A stretch of 64,000 bases of DNA from assembly GCA_958295785.1 (NCBI GenBank), contig OY282377.1, positions 3,418,052 through 3,482,051 on the forward strand, given 5' to 3'. Every line of letters begins with the position of its first letter. Positions within the stretch are counted from its first letter, which is position 1. Below the pieces are notes generated by a model. The model was not told the DNA's origin. It saw nothing but the letters and a program-made list of their open reading frames with translations, and did not search any database. Below, piece after piece: positions 27,518 through 37,043 of the stretch. The DNA comes from an uncultured Latescibacterota bacterium. Its GTDB lineage: Bacteria > Latescibacterota > UBA2968. The translations under genes were made by a program, and so were the position numbers.

Positions 27518-28213
27518 ATGGACACACTCAACCTCATCATCCTATCGCAGGACAAAACCTCGGCAGCGCGTGCGTTTTACCTGAAAATGGCGATTCGCAA
27601 AAGATGGAGTAAGCGGAAACTTGAACGCCCGTTTCGCGGGGCCTTATTCGAGCGGGTCGTGCTCAGTCCGCCAAAAATGTCAGCACTGCCGACACATATC
27701 CATTGGCGAGGCGTGGATACTTCAGATGTCAAACGCATGTGGTTCACGGCTTGGGAAAAGCAAAAACTGAAACTTTGTAAGGATGATCTGTTGGTCTGCG
27801 AAGGAGGGGATGTCGGTCGCAGTGCGCTTTGGAACGACGAGATTGAAGGTTGCTATATTCAAAACCCGCTCAATCGCGTTAGAGCACGAGAGAACGCAGA
27901 CACGCGGTTTCTTTTTTATTGGCTGTATTTCATCAAGCAGATAGGCTACATAGATATGATTTGTAACAAAGCGACCATTGCCCACTTTACTGTTGAGAAG
28001 GTTGAGGCGACCCCGTGAGTGCATCCTCTCCTCGACGAACAACAAAAAATCGCCGCATTCCTCGACAGGGAAACGGCGAAGATTGACGCTCTCATTGTGG
28101 AATGCGAAACCGCGATTGGGTTGCTCAAGGAACGCCGAACCGCGCTTATTTCGGCGGCGGTGACGGGCGAGATTGATGTGCGAGATGTCGAGCACGCGGA
28201 ACGCTACGGCTAA
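27518..28213 (+). pseudogene. hsdS: Chimeric remnant: YhcG/DUF1016 fragment fused to the last TRD and C-terminus of an HsdS
   Basis: ARAFYLKMAIRKRWSKRKLER..LFER (YhcG-like), then DDLLVCEGGDVGR (TRD), then a frameshift, then EQQKIAAFLDRETAKID...LKERRTALISAAVTG. Confidence 0.75.
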
Positions 28214-28276
28214 GCCGAGTGAAGGGATGCGAGAAACTTGCGTGTGGTGGCATGTTTGGCTACCTTGTTCAACAAG
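28112..28276 (+). repeat. hsdS 3'-end repeat, copy A
   Basis: First 76 bp are identical to 29031-29106; similarity continues into the downstream non-coding sequence. Confidence 0.9.
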
Positions 28277-28334
28277 TGCCTGGTAAAAAAAATGATCGAG
28301 GTGGAAACGACAACATTCAATGGAGGCGACCTGC

Positions 28335-28556
28335 ATGAGCCATATCAAATTCAGAGTTCGCATTGAACAAGATGAGGATGGCGTTTTTGTGGCCGAAGTA
28401 CCCGCATTACCAGGGTGCATTTCGCAAGGGCAGACTCGGGATGACGCCTTGGCAAATGCCGAAGAAGCGATTGCCCTGTACATAGAAAGTCTGGAAGCCC
28501 ATGGCGATCCCACTCCTCCATCAATTACAGAAGAAATTGTCGAGGTAGAGATTTGA
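28335..28556 (+). CDS. hicB: HicB-family antitoxin
   Basis: EQDEDGVFVAEVPALPGCISQGQTRDDALANAEEAI. Confidence 0.9.
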   Translation: MSHIKFRVRIEQDEDGVFVAEVPALPGCISQGQTRDDALANAEEAIALYIESLEAHGDPTPPSITEEIVEVEI

Positions 28557-28777
28557 TGCCACTTCCAGTTGTTGCAGGCCGCGATGTTGTTAAGGCGTTG
28601 GGGAAAATTGGTTATGTTTTTGACCGACAACGCGGAAGTCATATCATCCTGCGACTGAATCGAGAACCCCATCGTCGCATTGTCGTGCCGAGACATAAGG
28701 AAGTTGCCAAAGGGACTTTACGAGCGATTATTCGAGAGGCAGGTCTGACTGTTCAAGCGTTCAGAATCCTCTTGTAA
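28556..28777 (+). CDS. hicA: HicA-family mRNase toxin
   Basis: RQRGSHIIL...VVPRHKEVAKGTLRAIIREAGL. Confidence 0.9.
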   Translation: MPLPVVAGRDVVKALGKIGYVFDRQRGSHIILRLNREPHRRIVVPRHKEVAKGTLRAIIREAGLTVQAFRILL

Positions 28778-28789
28778 GTTCGGCGAGAT

Positions 28790-29026
28790 ATGACAATGAC
28801 CACCAAACCCACCTCGGAAAGAGATTTTGAGAACGCGATTGAAGCGTGGTTGTTGGAGCAGGCCGGCTACACCCGCGTTGACAATCGCCAATTCGACCCG
28901 GCACTCGCCCTCGACAAACACACCCTGCTCGCCTTTCTCAACGAGACACAGCCCGGTGCTTTGGACGCCCTCAAGCGCAGCGGCGGCAGCAATGTCGAGC
29001 AGGCCGTCGTCCATGAGGAAATTTGA
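28790..29026 (+). pseudogene. hsdR: N-terminal fragment of a type I HsdR
   Basis: SERDFENAIEAWLL..GY...FDPALALD..LLAFLNETQP is cut off at the second hsdS-end repeat. Confidence 0.7.
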
Positions 29027-29030
29027 GATG

Positions 29031-29210
29031 GCGATTGGGTTGCTCAAGGAACGCCGAACCGCGCTTATTTCGGCGGCGGTGACGGGCGAGATTGATGTGC
29101 GAGATGCAGAACACACGAAACGCTACGGCGAACAGGCTTATGGAGAATCCGAGTGAAGGGATGCGAGCAACTTGCGGGCGGTGGCATGTTTGGCTACCTT
29201 GTTCAATAAG
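29031..29210 (+). repeat. hsdS 3'-end repeat, copy B
   Basis: Direct repeat of 28112-28276 with a short insertion. Confidence 0.9.
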
Positions 29211-29215
29211 AAGCC

Positions 29216-29350
29216 CTAAGATAAAAAAATCAAGCGTCTGAAACAGATGAGTAAACAGCCGATGGAGAGGAACGCCTCATGGATGTCCGCTCTGTGCTCG
29301 TAGCGCACCCGCAGTCTGCGGAACTGGCGGAGCCAGGCCAGAGTCCGCAA
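29216..29350 (-). mobile_element. IS5-family transposase C-terminal remnant
   Basis: Minus strand reads RTLAWLRQFRRLRVRYEHRADIHEAFLSIGCLLICFRRL, a typical IS5 C-terminus. Confidence 0.75.
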
Positions 29351-29420
29351 TCCATGGCAACGCTTTTTGTTAGGGCTTCTTATTGTTTCGCGTCATCTAA
29401 CCAACAGGAGGTATGAGAAC

Positions 29421-30200
29421 ATGGACTACAAATTGCCCGAAGACTTTCACGCGGTGCTCCAAATCGCCAATGCGTATGAACGCCTTGACGAAGCCCTGCA
29501 AGTCGCCGAAAAGATCGTTGCTGCCGGCGTCAAATTGCACCCCAACATGGATCACGCGGCGATCTTTACGGACCCGCCGCACCTCGTTGCGGGACCTTTG
29601 AAAACTGTGGGGTACATCGCGGGTTGGGATACCAAATGCTATCCCTCGCCCGTCGATGAACGGGATTATATCAATGTGCCCTCGGGGTTGCCCGATGGCC
29701 ATCCTGCCCTTGCGCGCGGTTGGTTTCGCTACGTCGCCGTGGTTCACCCGGTTGACATGGCCGCGCTCAATCAGATGATTCGGCAGGGCTACGGCAATCC
29801 CTTTATCCACCATCTCACCTGGGGCATTGTGCCGCCCGAGCGAAAGAGCGGGGATGATTTCGGCTATGCCTGCGAGGTGATTTCTCACATGGTCAATGTG
29901 TGGCAACGCATTGGCGATCATCTCAAGGCAGAACCGGGTACGTTGATCATGGCCTTGCCGCCCGAGGTCACGCAACACCCGCAATTTGAAGCCACCTTGC
30001 CCGAATTGTTCGACGGGCTGGATTCGGCATCGCATCAGGTTGAAACCATGCAAGGCGGGGGATTTTTGATTCAGTTTTTCGTTCTGACGGGCGGGCGCAT
30101 TGAAGTCGCGCTTCGCATTGACACACAGCAGACCTTCAACCCGAAAAGCGTACACAAAATCTCGGAAGACGAAATCAGCACGCAACAGACGGATTCATGA
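29421..30200 (+). CDS. Hypothetical protein, possibly a VOC-fold metalloenzyme
   Basis: AGGAGG upstream; DHAAI, IHHLTW and RIEV could form a His/His/Glu triad. Confidence 0.65.
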   Translation: MDYKLPEDFHAVLQIANAYERLDEALQVAEKIVAAGVKLHPNMDHAAIFTDPPHLVAGPLKTVGYIAGWDTKCYPSPVDERDYINVPSGLPDGHPALARGWFRYVAVVHPVDMAALNQMIRQGYGNPFIHHLTWGIVPPERKSGDDFGYACEVISHMVNVWQRIGDHLKAEPGTLIMALPPEVTQHPQFEATLPELFDGLDSASHQVETMQGGGFLIQFFVLTGGRIEVALRIDTQQTFNPKSVHKISEDEISTQQTDS

Positions 30201-30331
30201 AAGCTACACCCTTCCGCCATTCGGTCACTGATCTCCAGAGCTACGGTAAGCCCGCTGTGGCATTGGAGGCGGTTTTCAAGATGAAGGCAGGGGACATAGC
30301 GGTGGCGGAAATTGAGTTGGACAGCTCGCAC

Positions 30332-30368
30332 AAAAAATCCCATCCTGAGTTCAGGGTGGGATTTTTTT
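30332..30368. terminator. Bidirectional intrinsic terminator
   Basis: AAAAAATCCCATCCTGA-GT-TCAGGGTGGGATTTTTT between convergent genes. Confidence 0.8.
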
Positions 30369-30420
30369 ATTGTGCGGCCTAACGCCAAGGCTCGGCTTTT
30401 TTTATTCTGTCGCGCTTAAT

Positions 30421-31935
30421 TTAGAACCGACTAAAAAAGTCCCATACGATCTGATTTCCGTCCACTCCTGCACTGTTGTCTGCATAGGGCCATTCGTGCC
30501 CGAAGTTCGTGATTTTGTAATACCAAATCTCAACGTTGGCGTTACAGTCCCGGTGCTTATAAAGCGTGTTGTCGGAATTTATATCGATGGTTTCGGTAGT
30601 CAGACATGAATTTTGATCGCTCCAATAATCTATAATTATGTCCATGCCTGGCGCGCCACCCCAGCCACCCTCGATCTTGAGGCCTCCATCAATTGGAACA
30701 ATTTCATCATTGACGCCAGAAAGCTGAAGCAGGGGAAACGGCGTGGGAATGCGGTTTTGCCAAGCACCTCCACTCATCGTGCCAATAATTGATGCAACCC
30801 CTTTGAATACATTTGGGGCCTCCATTCCCAACACGTATGCCATCATACCTCCATTTGATACACCGGCAACAAAGGTTTTCTCAGAATTTAAATGATGTTC
30901 AACCTGTAAAAACCGGGCCAAAGAACTCAAGAACCCAATGTCATCCGTATTGCTGACATTCAACCGAGCATTCCAATGCCGCGTGCCTTCGTAATCTTCG
31001 CTTCCCAAGGGATATACAACCGCAAATCCATTTGAATCGGCAGTAAAATTCAAATTTGAGTACTCTCGTAAATATTCGGGATTACCCCCATGACCATGCA
31101 ACATGAATATCAATGGTGCATTTTCGGGCAGATCTCGTGGTTTATGGAACAAATAATATCTGGCGATACCATTGTAAGAAAATTCTGAATATTCGCTGAG
31201 ATCCAGATGCTCTGATTTACCGTCCTTAGAGTCATCCCTTGATTTATCACTTTTCCCTACGCCTACAATCGCAAAATTAGTTCCGTCATAGGTGCAGTTA
31301 ATGACATATCCTCCAACATCGACATCGACATTCTGCCCGCTTTGAAGATAGCTCCCGTTTTTCGCAACATTGTCGCTGGTTGTCAAAACAACGCTTTTAT
31401 CCATTCCGAAATCAAAGGTATAACCGAGGTTTTTATAGGTTGCGGTTAGGGTTAAACCATTGACCGCACCCGATTTATCGCCCATGGGCATTTTCGATGA
31501 TTCGGTCGCGCGCGCCTTTTCGCCGATAGGCAAATTGAGCATCACCTCGTACCCGCTGTTGACCGGGATACTCGACCACGAACCGACCTCGCTTCCGTCT
31601 TGCCATGCGCGGGCGCGATAATAGCCCGTCACATTGTCCGACGCGATCTCCACACGCGCCTGCCCCATCTCATCGGTCATGCCCGACCATTGATACGACG
31701 CTGCCCGGCCGGCAATGGCGCGCGAAAATTCCACCCTTGCACCGCTTACGGGCGCGCCATCCCGCGACAGATTGACCACCACCACGGCTTGGGAAGCGCG
31801 ATCGCGCGCAGTCAATTTGCCCAGCGGGGGGCCGGTCGTCTCGGTCAGTGATTGGGTCACGCGCTCGCCGCCGCAACACCACATCAGGCCCGCGGCGAGG
31901 GCGATCACAGCGATAATGCGAATATTTTCCAACAT
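30421..31935 (-). CDS. Exported/lipoprotein with C-terminal PHB-depolymerase/LpqC-like alpha/beta hydrolase
   Basis: Hydrophobic N-terminus ending in Cys; LHGHGG, DDIGF, GVSNGG, GVNDEIVP, GHEWP and VWDFF. Confidence 0.8.
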   Translation of the reverse strand: MLENIRIIAVIALAAGLMWCCGGERVTQSLTETTGPPLGKLTARDRASQAVVVVNLSRDGAPVSGARVEFSRAIAGRAASYQWSGMTDEMGQARVEIASDNVTGYYRARAWQDGSEVGSWSSIPVNSGYEVMLNLPIGEKARATESSKMPMGDKSGAVNGLTLTATYKNLGYTFDFGMDKSVVLTTSDNVAKNGSYLQSGQNVDVDVGGYVINCTYDGTNFAIVGVGKSDKSRDDSKDGKSEHLDLSEYSEFSYNGIARYYLFHKPRDLPENAPLIFMLHGHGGNPEYLREYSNLNFTADSNGFAVVYPLGSEDYEGTRHWNARLNVSNTDDIGFLSSLARFLQVEHHLNSEKTFVAGVSNGGMMAYVLGMEAPNVFKGVASIIGTMSGGAWQNRIPTPFPLLQLSGVNDEIVPIDGGLKIEGGWGGAPGMDIIIDYWSDQNSCLTTETIDINSDNTLYKHRDCNANVEIWYYKITNFGHEWPYADNSAGVDGNQIVWDFFSRF

Positions 31936-32046
31936 GACAATCTCCTTTGAAAAAAAATCCCAGAATGGACGATCTCTCGTTTTATTTTTGCAAAACGCCT
32001 TTCCAGTCTTTGTTGAAGTTTCGATGTATCCACCACGCCATTTGGA

Positions 32047-32089
32047 TTAGACCGACTAAAAAAGCCCCATACGATCTGATTTTCGTTCA
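32047..32089 (-). repeat. Diverged copy of the esterase gene's 3' end, located upstream of the same gene
   Basis: ACCGACTAAAAAAG.CCCATACGATCTGATTT.CGT.CA matches 30421-30464. Confidence 0.75.
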
Positions 32090-32129
32090 TGCTTTCATGG
32101 AATTTTCTCCTTTAATAACTGGGAGTATG

Positions 32130-33326
32130 TCACATCTCCGTGATTTCAACCCTTTGCCGGAATGTGTCGAAGTCAATTTTTTTGCTGGCGTACGCGTCGA
32201 GGTCGCGTTTGGTCACGCGGAAAATGAGGCGGTCGGGGTGCTTAATCACCTCGGGGGTTTTGTCTTTTTTCGCACGCACAATACGCACAATTTTGTGGTC
32301 GGCGTCTTTGATGAGATCGGCGTGGACGACGATGGATTCCTCGGCCGGAAGGTCGCGCAGGGTTGGGCCGTAGTCGGCGAGGGTTTCGATGACTGCGGTT
32401 TTGAGGGCTTCGAGTCTATCGGGGGCATCGGTTTTGTTTTTTCGGTACCAATCGTACCAAAACAGATCGCTCTGTTGCGAGACGAGAAAGATCGCGCCTA
32501 TGCCTTTTTGGTATAAACCCGCGCTTTTGGCACCACTCAAGAAGTGGAAATCCGCATCCCCTTCCCGTTTGATGACGCCGGACAAAATATCGGTCATGAT
32601 GTCGATTTTTTTGTCACGCGAAGGCTGTGGCTCGCGCTCGCGGAAGGCGATCCGATTCCGGAAGGTTTGTCCGTCAATTTTGCCCCGATTGTACGCGTCA
32701 ATGTCGCGTTTGGTCGCAGTGGCTTCATAGAAGATCCCCTCGTGATCACCCTGAAATATTTTTGCGAATTGGTGCCCGGCGCCGTGCATGGCTACTGCCA
32801 TCTTTTTGTGCATTTCCACCCTCTTTTTTTTCCACTCCATTGCTGTTTCCCTGTCAATGTCGCCTTTCCCCGCGTACAGGCTGTTGATTTTGCCTATCAT
32901 GAGACTGTCGATTTCGCCTATCATGAGACTGTCGATTTCGCCCATCTTTGAGTCGGCGTCGGGCATATTGATTTTTGATGCGTACAGCAAAACGGTTACG
33001 CGATCACCGTCTTTCAGTTGCCCAATGGCATTTGCATAAGTGCCCAGAAATTCGGCGATGCGTTTTTTGTTGAAGACTTCGTCTTTTTCAAGGTCAAAGG
33101 AGTATGTTTGGGGCCAACCTCGGTCAACGAGCAAGACGCCGTAATTTTCGATATAAAGACCGGTTGTCGCCCCTTTTTTTGTCTCCAAGAATCGGTCGAG
33201 AATGCTTTCCTGAATGGCGAGGTCGCGCTTCATGCGTTGCCAGTCCAGGTCGGCAGAGGCCGATGTGCAAAGTGCGAGAAAGCCGATCCCCGCAAAAAGG
33301 ATGGTTCGAATCATTTTTTGTCCCAT
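32130..33326 (-). CDS. Secreted hypothetical protein with an internally duplicated domain, in the ECF sigma operon
   Basis: Signal peptide; GLY..YG and TKRD.DAY..KID..TFR.R each occur twice; short GEIDSLM repeat. Confidence 0.7.
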   Translation of the reverse strand: MGQKMIRTILFAGIGFLALCTSASADLDWQRMKRDLAIQESILDRFLETKKGATTGLYIENYGVLLVDRGWPQTYSFDLEKDEVFNKKRIAEFLGTYANAIGQLKDGDRVTVLLYASKINMPDADSKMGEIDSLMIGEIDSLMIGKINSLYAGKGDIDRETAMEWKKKRVEMHKKMAVAMHGAGHQFAKIFQGDHEGIFYEATATKRDIDAYNRGKIDGQTFRNRIAFREREPQPSRDKKIDIMTDILSGVIKREGDADFHFLSGAKSAGLYQKGIGAIFLVSQQSDLFWYDWYRKNKTDAPDRLEALKTAVIETLADYGPTLRDLPAEESIVVHADLIKDADHKIVRIVRAKKDKTPEVIKHPDRLIFRVTKRDLDAYASKKIDFDTFRQRVEITEM

Positions 33327-33342
33327 TTTGATTTCTCCTTTT

Positions 33343-34062
33343 TTATTGTTTTTTTCTAACTGTGGGAATGATGCGGGTGGGTTGATTTTTTTCAGCGGGC
33401 ACTAAGGGCATTTGTTGCAATGTATTGTCATAGCGGGTTCCCCGAGTGTTGTGGAGAATCCACAGGCCGCGGTCAATGCGTTGTAGGTCTTGTTGACGTT
33501 GGGTTTCGAGTTCGCGCATCAAGTGGATGAGGGTGCTGTTGACCTCGTCGCGCTGTCGGTTTTGAGATGCGCGAACGAGGCGATTGGCGTAGTCGATCAG
33601 GTTTTGCTGGTGGACGATCAATTCGCCGAGGGTGATGGGCGCGTCCAACGGATGGGTTTCAGACGTGTCATCAACGGCGATCTGTTCAGACGAATCGCTG
33701 GATCGCAGGCCAATAGAGGCGTGGAACGCGCCCTCTCGAAGGGCAAATTCGACATTGAGAAAGGTTATGACCAGGATCGCGGCAATGGCAAAAGCGGCCG
33801 CGGCCGCCCATCGCTTGGGAAATCGCGCGGGCCACAGGTTTTGCCAGAAGGAGGGGCGTTCTGCCGCAAACGCGAGGTCCAAATCGGGCGTTTCATCGCG
33901 CCAAGTGCTGAGAATGCGGGATGCGTAGCCCAGTTCCTCGAGGGTTTTGCTGCACGAGGGGCAGGTCTCGATGTGAACGCCGAGGCGTTCGCGCTCGTCT
34001 TTGTGGAGGTCCTCGCCGTAGAAATAGGCGATTAATTGTTCGCGGGTAATGTCACAATTCAT
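33343..34062 (-). CDS. Membrane anti-sigma factor with zf-HC2 motif
   Basis: HIETCPSC (HxxxCxxC) plus one TM helix; overlaps the sigma stop. Confidence 0.85.
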   Translation of the reverse strand: MNCDITREQLIAYFYGEDLHKDERERLGVHIETCPSCSKTLEELGYASRILSTWRDETPDLDLAFAAERPSFWQNLWPARFPKRWAAAAAFAIAAILVITFLNVEFALREGAFHASIGLRSSDSSEQIAVDDTSETHPLDAPITLGELIVHQQNLIDYANRLVRASQNRQRDEVNSTLIHLMRELETQRQQDLQRIDRGLWILHNTRGTRYDNTLQQMPLVPAEKNQPTRIIPTVRKKQ

Positions 34063-34618
34063 AGCGCACCATGTCCTCGCAGATGTGCCAGCGGTCAAAA
34101 ATTTTTTTGAGGGCTGAAAGGCCGTAATACATTCTGGATTTGACCGTGTTGATCGGCGCGTTGAGCGTTTCGGCAATTTCGGTGAATTTTAGGCCCTGGT
34201 ATTCTTTCATGACGATGACCAAGCGCTGTTCTTCGGGCAAATTTTGCAGGGCGCGGTTGATCAAATCCCGCACGCTTTGTTCGTGAACCCGAGCATCCGG
34301 GCGCGCTCCGGTGTCTGCTATCGGGGTGGATTCCAAAAGCGCGTCGAGGGAGATGAACTTGCGACTGCGCGCCGCGTCTCGGCACGCATTGAGCGCGATT
34401 TGGTAGATCCACGAGGTGAATTTGTCCGGGTCGCGCAACCGCCGAAGGCTTTTGTACGCGCGAATAAAAGTTTGCTGGCACAGGTCGTGTGCATCGTCTC
34501 GATTGCCCGCATAACGCAGGACAAAGTTGTAGATTGGACACTCCCAACGCTTGACCAAGGTGTTAAAGGCCGCGATGTGCCCGGCTTGGAACTGCGCGAT
34601 CAGCGCCGCATCATTCAT
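34052..34618 (-). CDS. ECF RNA polymerase sigma-70 factor
   Basis: DAHDLCQQTFIRAY, FTSWIYQIALN and EIAETL..PINTVKSR. Confidence 0.92.
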   Translation of the reverse strand: MNDAALIAQFQAGHIAAFNTLVKRWECPIYNFVLRYAGNRDDAHDLCQQTFIRAYKSLRRLRDPDKFTSWIYQIALNACRDAARSRKFISLDALLESTPIADTGARPDARVHEQSVRDLINRALQNLPEEQRLVIVMKEYQGLKFTEIAETLNAPINTVKSRMYYGLSALKKIFDRWHICEDMVRYEL

Positions 34619-34779
34619 CGAGAGAAGCCCCGCGTTTGGCGTTCAACAGTGTGTCATCACCCTTCAAGACGTTAGGTTGGGCCAAAAAGTTTTAACGCCT
34701 GTCAAAAAATTTCATATTTTTTCAAAACAAAAAAAGCGACCCTTTTGGGTCGCCAACTATTCCTTACTGCGAGTGCGCG

Positions 34780-35658
34780 ATGCAAGAACCCGAATTTACA
34801 CAACACCCCACTGAGGTATTTGGGCATTCCTTTGTTGACGATTCTCCCCTGGCACAAAGCAATCGACAAAACCAGTTTTGCCCATTTCTGGACAGCGAAT
34901 GCAAAAAGCCGAGAAAAAGTGAACCCCATATCAAAGTGGGCGTATGCACAGTCGGTTACAGAGGCAATTTTTTAAATAAAAGGAATCCCGTTATTGTTTG
35001 CCCGCATCGCCTCAAAGAAAAAATCGTCTATGAAACCATTGAAAAATTTTACTTCAATAATCTTTCCAGTAGCCACACCATAAAATGGACATCTGAAGTC
35101 TCTTGCGGGGTCGCGGGACATATTGACTTTGTTGCGGTAAAAATGAAACGCAACACAATAGAGGATTTCCTGTGCGTCGAATTTCAAGCCGCGGGCACGA
35201 CAGGGACTCCGTGGCAAGCAGTTGTCGATTTTAAGAAAACTGGCAAATTCTCCCAGAGAACCTACAAATATGGGATAAATTGGGCAAATGAATTTGCGAA
35301 AACAATGATGCAACAAGTGTACAAAAAGGGACTGGTCATGGAATATTGGGGAAAGAAAATCGTCTTTGTGCTTCAGGATGTTGGGCTTCATTACATCCAA
35401 TACGCCACGGATGCCAGTGATTTGCGCGAAGCGTCAGATGATGATTCGATTCATTTTTGTACATTCAAAACGGTTTGGAATAACGGGTTGAATACTTGGC
35501 GATTGGAATTTGACAAAAGAATGAGCACCAACACAGAAGGCATAAGAAAAATTCTAGGAGGTGCTCACAGAGAAACATTTTTGACTGTCGACGAGTTCAG
35601 AGACAATATTAATGCCAGACTTGCGTCAAATTTGGAGGGCGAGTTGGGTCTCGTTTAA
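34780..35658 (+). CDS. NotI-family restriction endonuclease with Fe-S-type Cys cluster
   Basis: CPF..ECKK...GVC...VCPHR Cys pattern, IDFV..VEFQ and GINW. Confidence 0.75.
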   Translation: MQEPEFTQHPTEVFGHSFVDDSPLAQSNRQNQFCPFLDSECKKPRKSEPHIKVGVCTVGYRGNFLNKRNPVIVCPHRLKEKIVYETIEKFYFNNLSSSHTIKWTSEVSCGVAGHIDFVAVKMKRNTIEDFLCVEFQAAGTTGTPWQAVVDFKKTGKFSQRTYKYGINWANEFAKTMMQQVYKKGLVMEYWGKKIVFVLQDVGLHYIQYATDASDLREASDDDSIHFCTFKTVWNNGLNTWRLEFDKRMSTNTEGIRKILGGAHRETFLTVDEFRDNINARLASNLEGELGLV

Positions 35659-36705
35659 TCTCTCCTGTGCAATTTCGAGATACTGATCACTCAACTCAAT
35701 TCCAAGTCCAGCCCGACCAAACTCGTTGGCCGTAACGATTGCACTACCTGTCCCCATAAAGGGATCCAACACAATGCCGCCGATTTTGCTCGTTGCCAAA
35801 ATGGGTATTTTTAGTAGCTCAGTGGGAAAAACAGCATAGTGTGCGTCTTTCCGCCATTGATCTTCGGGAACGATGTCCCAGATGTCTGATGGCAAAAATC
35901 CCTTCGCTTTACTCGTCAAAATAAAAAAGCCTTTTGTTTTCAATTCTTTTGCCCGCCCACTTACGCTTGCGTTATCGCTGTGGTAGGTGCGCTGTGTGCC
36001 TCGAATTGTCATCCGAAAATCGACCAACTCGCCATTTCGCATCTTTTCCAAGGTTTCATCGAGAGCCTTGAGCGCGTCATCGCGTTCCCTGTCGTTTAGA
36101 TTTTCCGATTCCAAAATTTGCTTTCTGTATTTTTTTCCGCTTACGCCCGTGGCAGAAATAGTCTGTTTGCCGTTAATTGTGGGGAACTTGATCGGCTTAA
36201 TCCGAATGCTGTCACCATCGTAGTAGTACTTTCTATTTTTGACAAAGTGGAATACATGCTCATACATATCTCTCAGTCTGTCCTTCGCGCTTTGCGTTCC
36301 CTTTCTTTGGTTCCAGATGACATCATTTCTCAAAATCCACCCGTCGTCCTGCATGGCCAATGCCACGCGCCAGGGCATGCCCATCAGGTTCTTATTGTGA
36401 TATTTATCTCCGAGGTTTAACCAAACCGAACCATCGTTTTTTAGTACTCGCTTGATCTTGTGAAAAATCGAAGTTAGTTTTTCCACGTATTCTCCAGGCT
36501 CTTTTTCTCTGCCGATCAACAGATCCAAATATTCCTCCTTGACGTGATACGCTCTCATCTTCCAATATGGAGGAGAAGTGACGACACAATCAATGCTTTC
36601 ATTGGGAATTTCGTCTAAAATTTCGCTGCAATTGCCCCGCAATAGAACAAAAGGTGCAATCCCATGAGTAAGTGCTTCGATCTGTTTTTTATAGAGAAAT
36701 GCCAA
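35626..36705 (-). CDS. Site-specific DNA amino-methyltransferase (N4C/N6A, beta class)
   Basis: VTSPPYW precedes HYAVFP and VLDPFMGTGS; AAGGAG RBS with TTG start; convergent with and overlapping the REase. Confidence 0.9.
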   Translation of the reverse strand: MAFLYKKQIEALTHGIAPFVLLRGNCSEILDEIPNESIDCVVTSPPYWKMRAYHVKEEYLDLLIGREKEPGEYVEKLTSIFHKIKRVLKNDGSVWLNLGDKYHNKNLMGMPWRVALAMQDDGWILRNDVIWNQRKGTQSAKDRLRDMYEHVFHFVKNRKYYYDGDSIRIKPIKFPTINGKQTISATGVSGKKYRKQILESENLNDRERDDALKALDETLEKMRNGELVDFRMTIRGTQRTYHSDNASVSGRAKELKTKGFFILTSKAKGFLPSDIWDIVPEDQWRKDAHYAVFPTELLKIPILATSKIGGIVLDPFMGTGSAIVTANEFGRAGLGIELSDQYLEIAQERLNETQLALQI

Positions 36706-36719
36706 CTTAAAACTCCTTT

Positions 36720-36968
36720 TTATTTTTTCGGCGTATTGATGGTCTCTCCCAAATTGTACACAGGCGTTAATTCTCGAATGACAGTGCTGATTTTCTTTCT
36801 TTCAGTTGCATCCGAAAGCAATTGCTCAAAATCTTCTAAACTCATGATGATCGCTTGAGATACATTGCGCCGCTTCACGATGTAGCGCGTTTGCCCGTGA
36901 ACCACGGCATCGATGATTTGTCCGAAATTGTTCTGAACTTCCGTCGAATTGATTGTTCGTATTTTCAT
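36720..36968 (-). CDS. Phd/YefM-family antitoxin, orphan
   Basis: TINSTEVQNNFGQIIDAV...IVKRRN..AIIMSLEDFEQL. Confidence 0.85.
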   Translation of the reverse strand: MKIRTINSTEVQNNFGQIIDAVVHGQTRYIVKRRNVSQAIIMSLEDFEQLLSDATERKKISTVIRELTPVYNLGETINTPKK

Positions 36969-36986
36969 ATCGCCTCCTATATTCCC

Positions 36987-37032
36987 ATAATAGCTAACAT
37001 AGCTATTATAGCCAGATTTGCACCTTCGTCAA
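36987..37032 (-). promoter_or_regulatory. sigma70 promoter overlapped by a perfect palindromic operator
   Basis: TTGACG-N16-TATAAT on the minus strand; ATAATAGCTA-ACA-TAGCTATTAT at 36987-37009. Confidence 0.75.
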
Positions 37033-37043
37033 GGAAAATTTCG

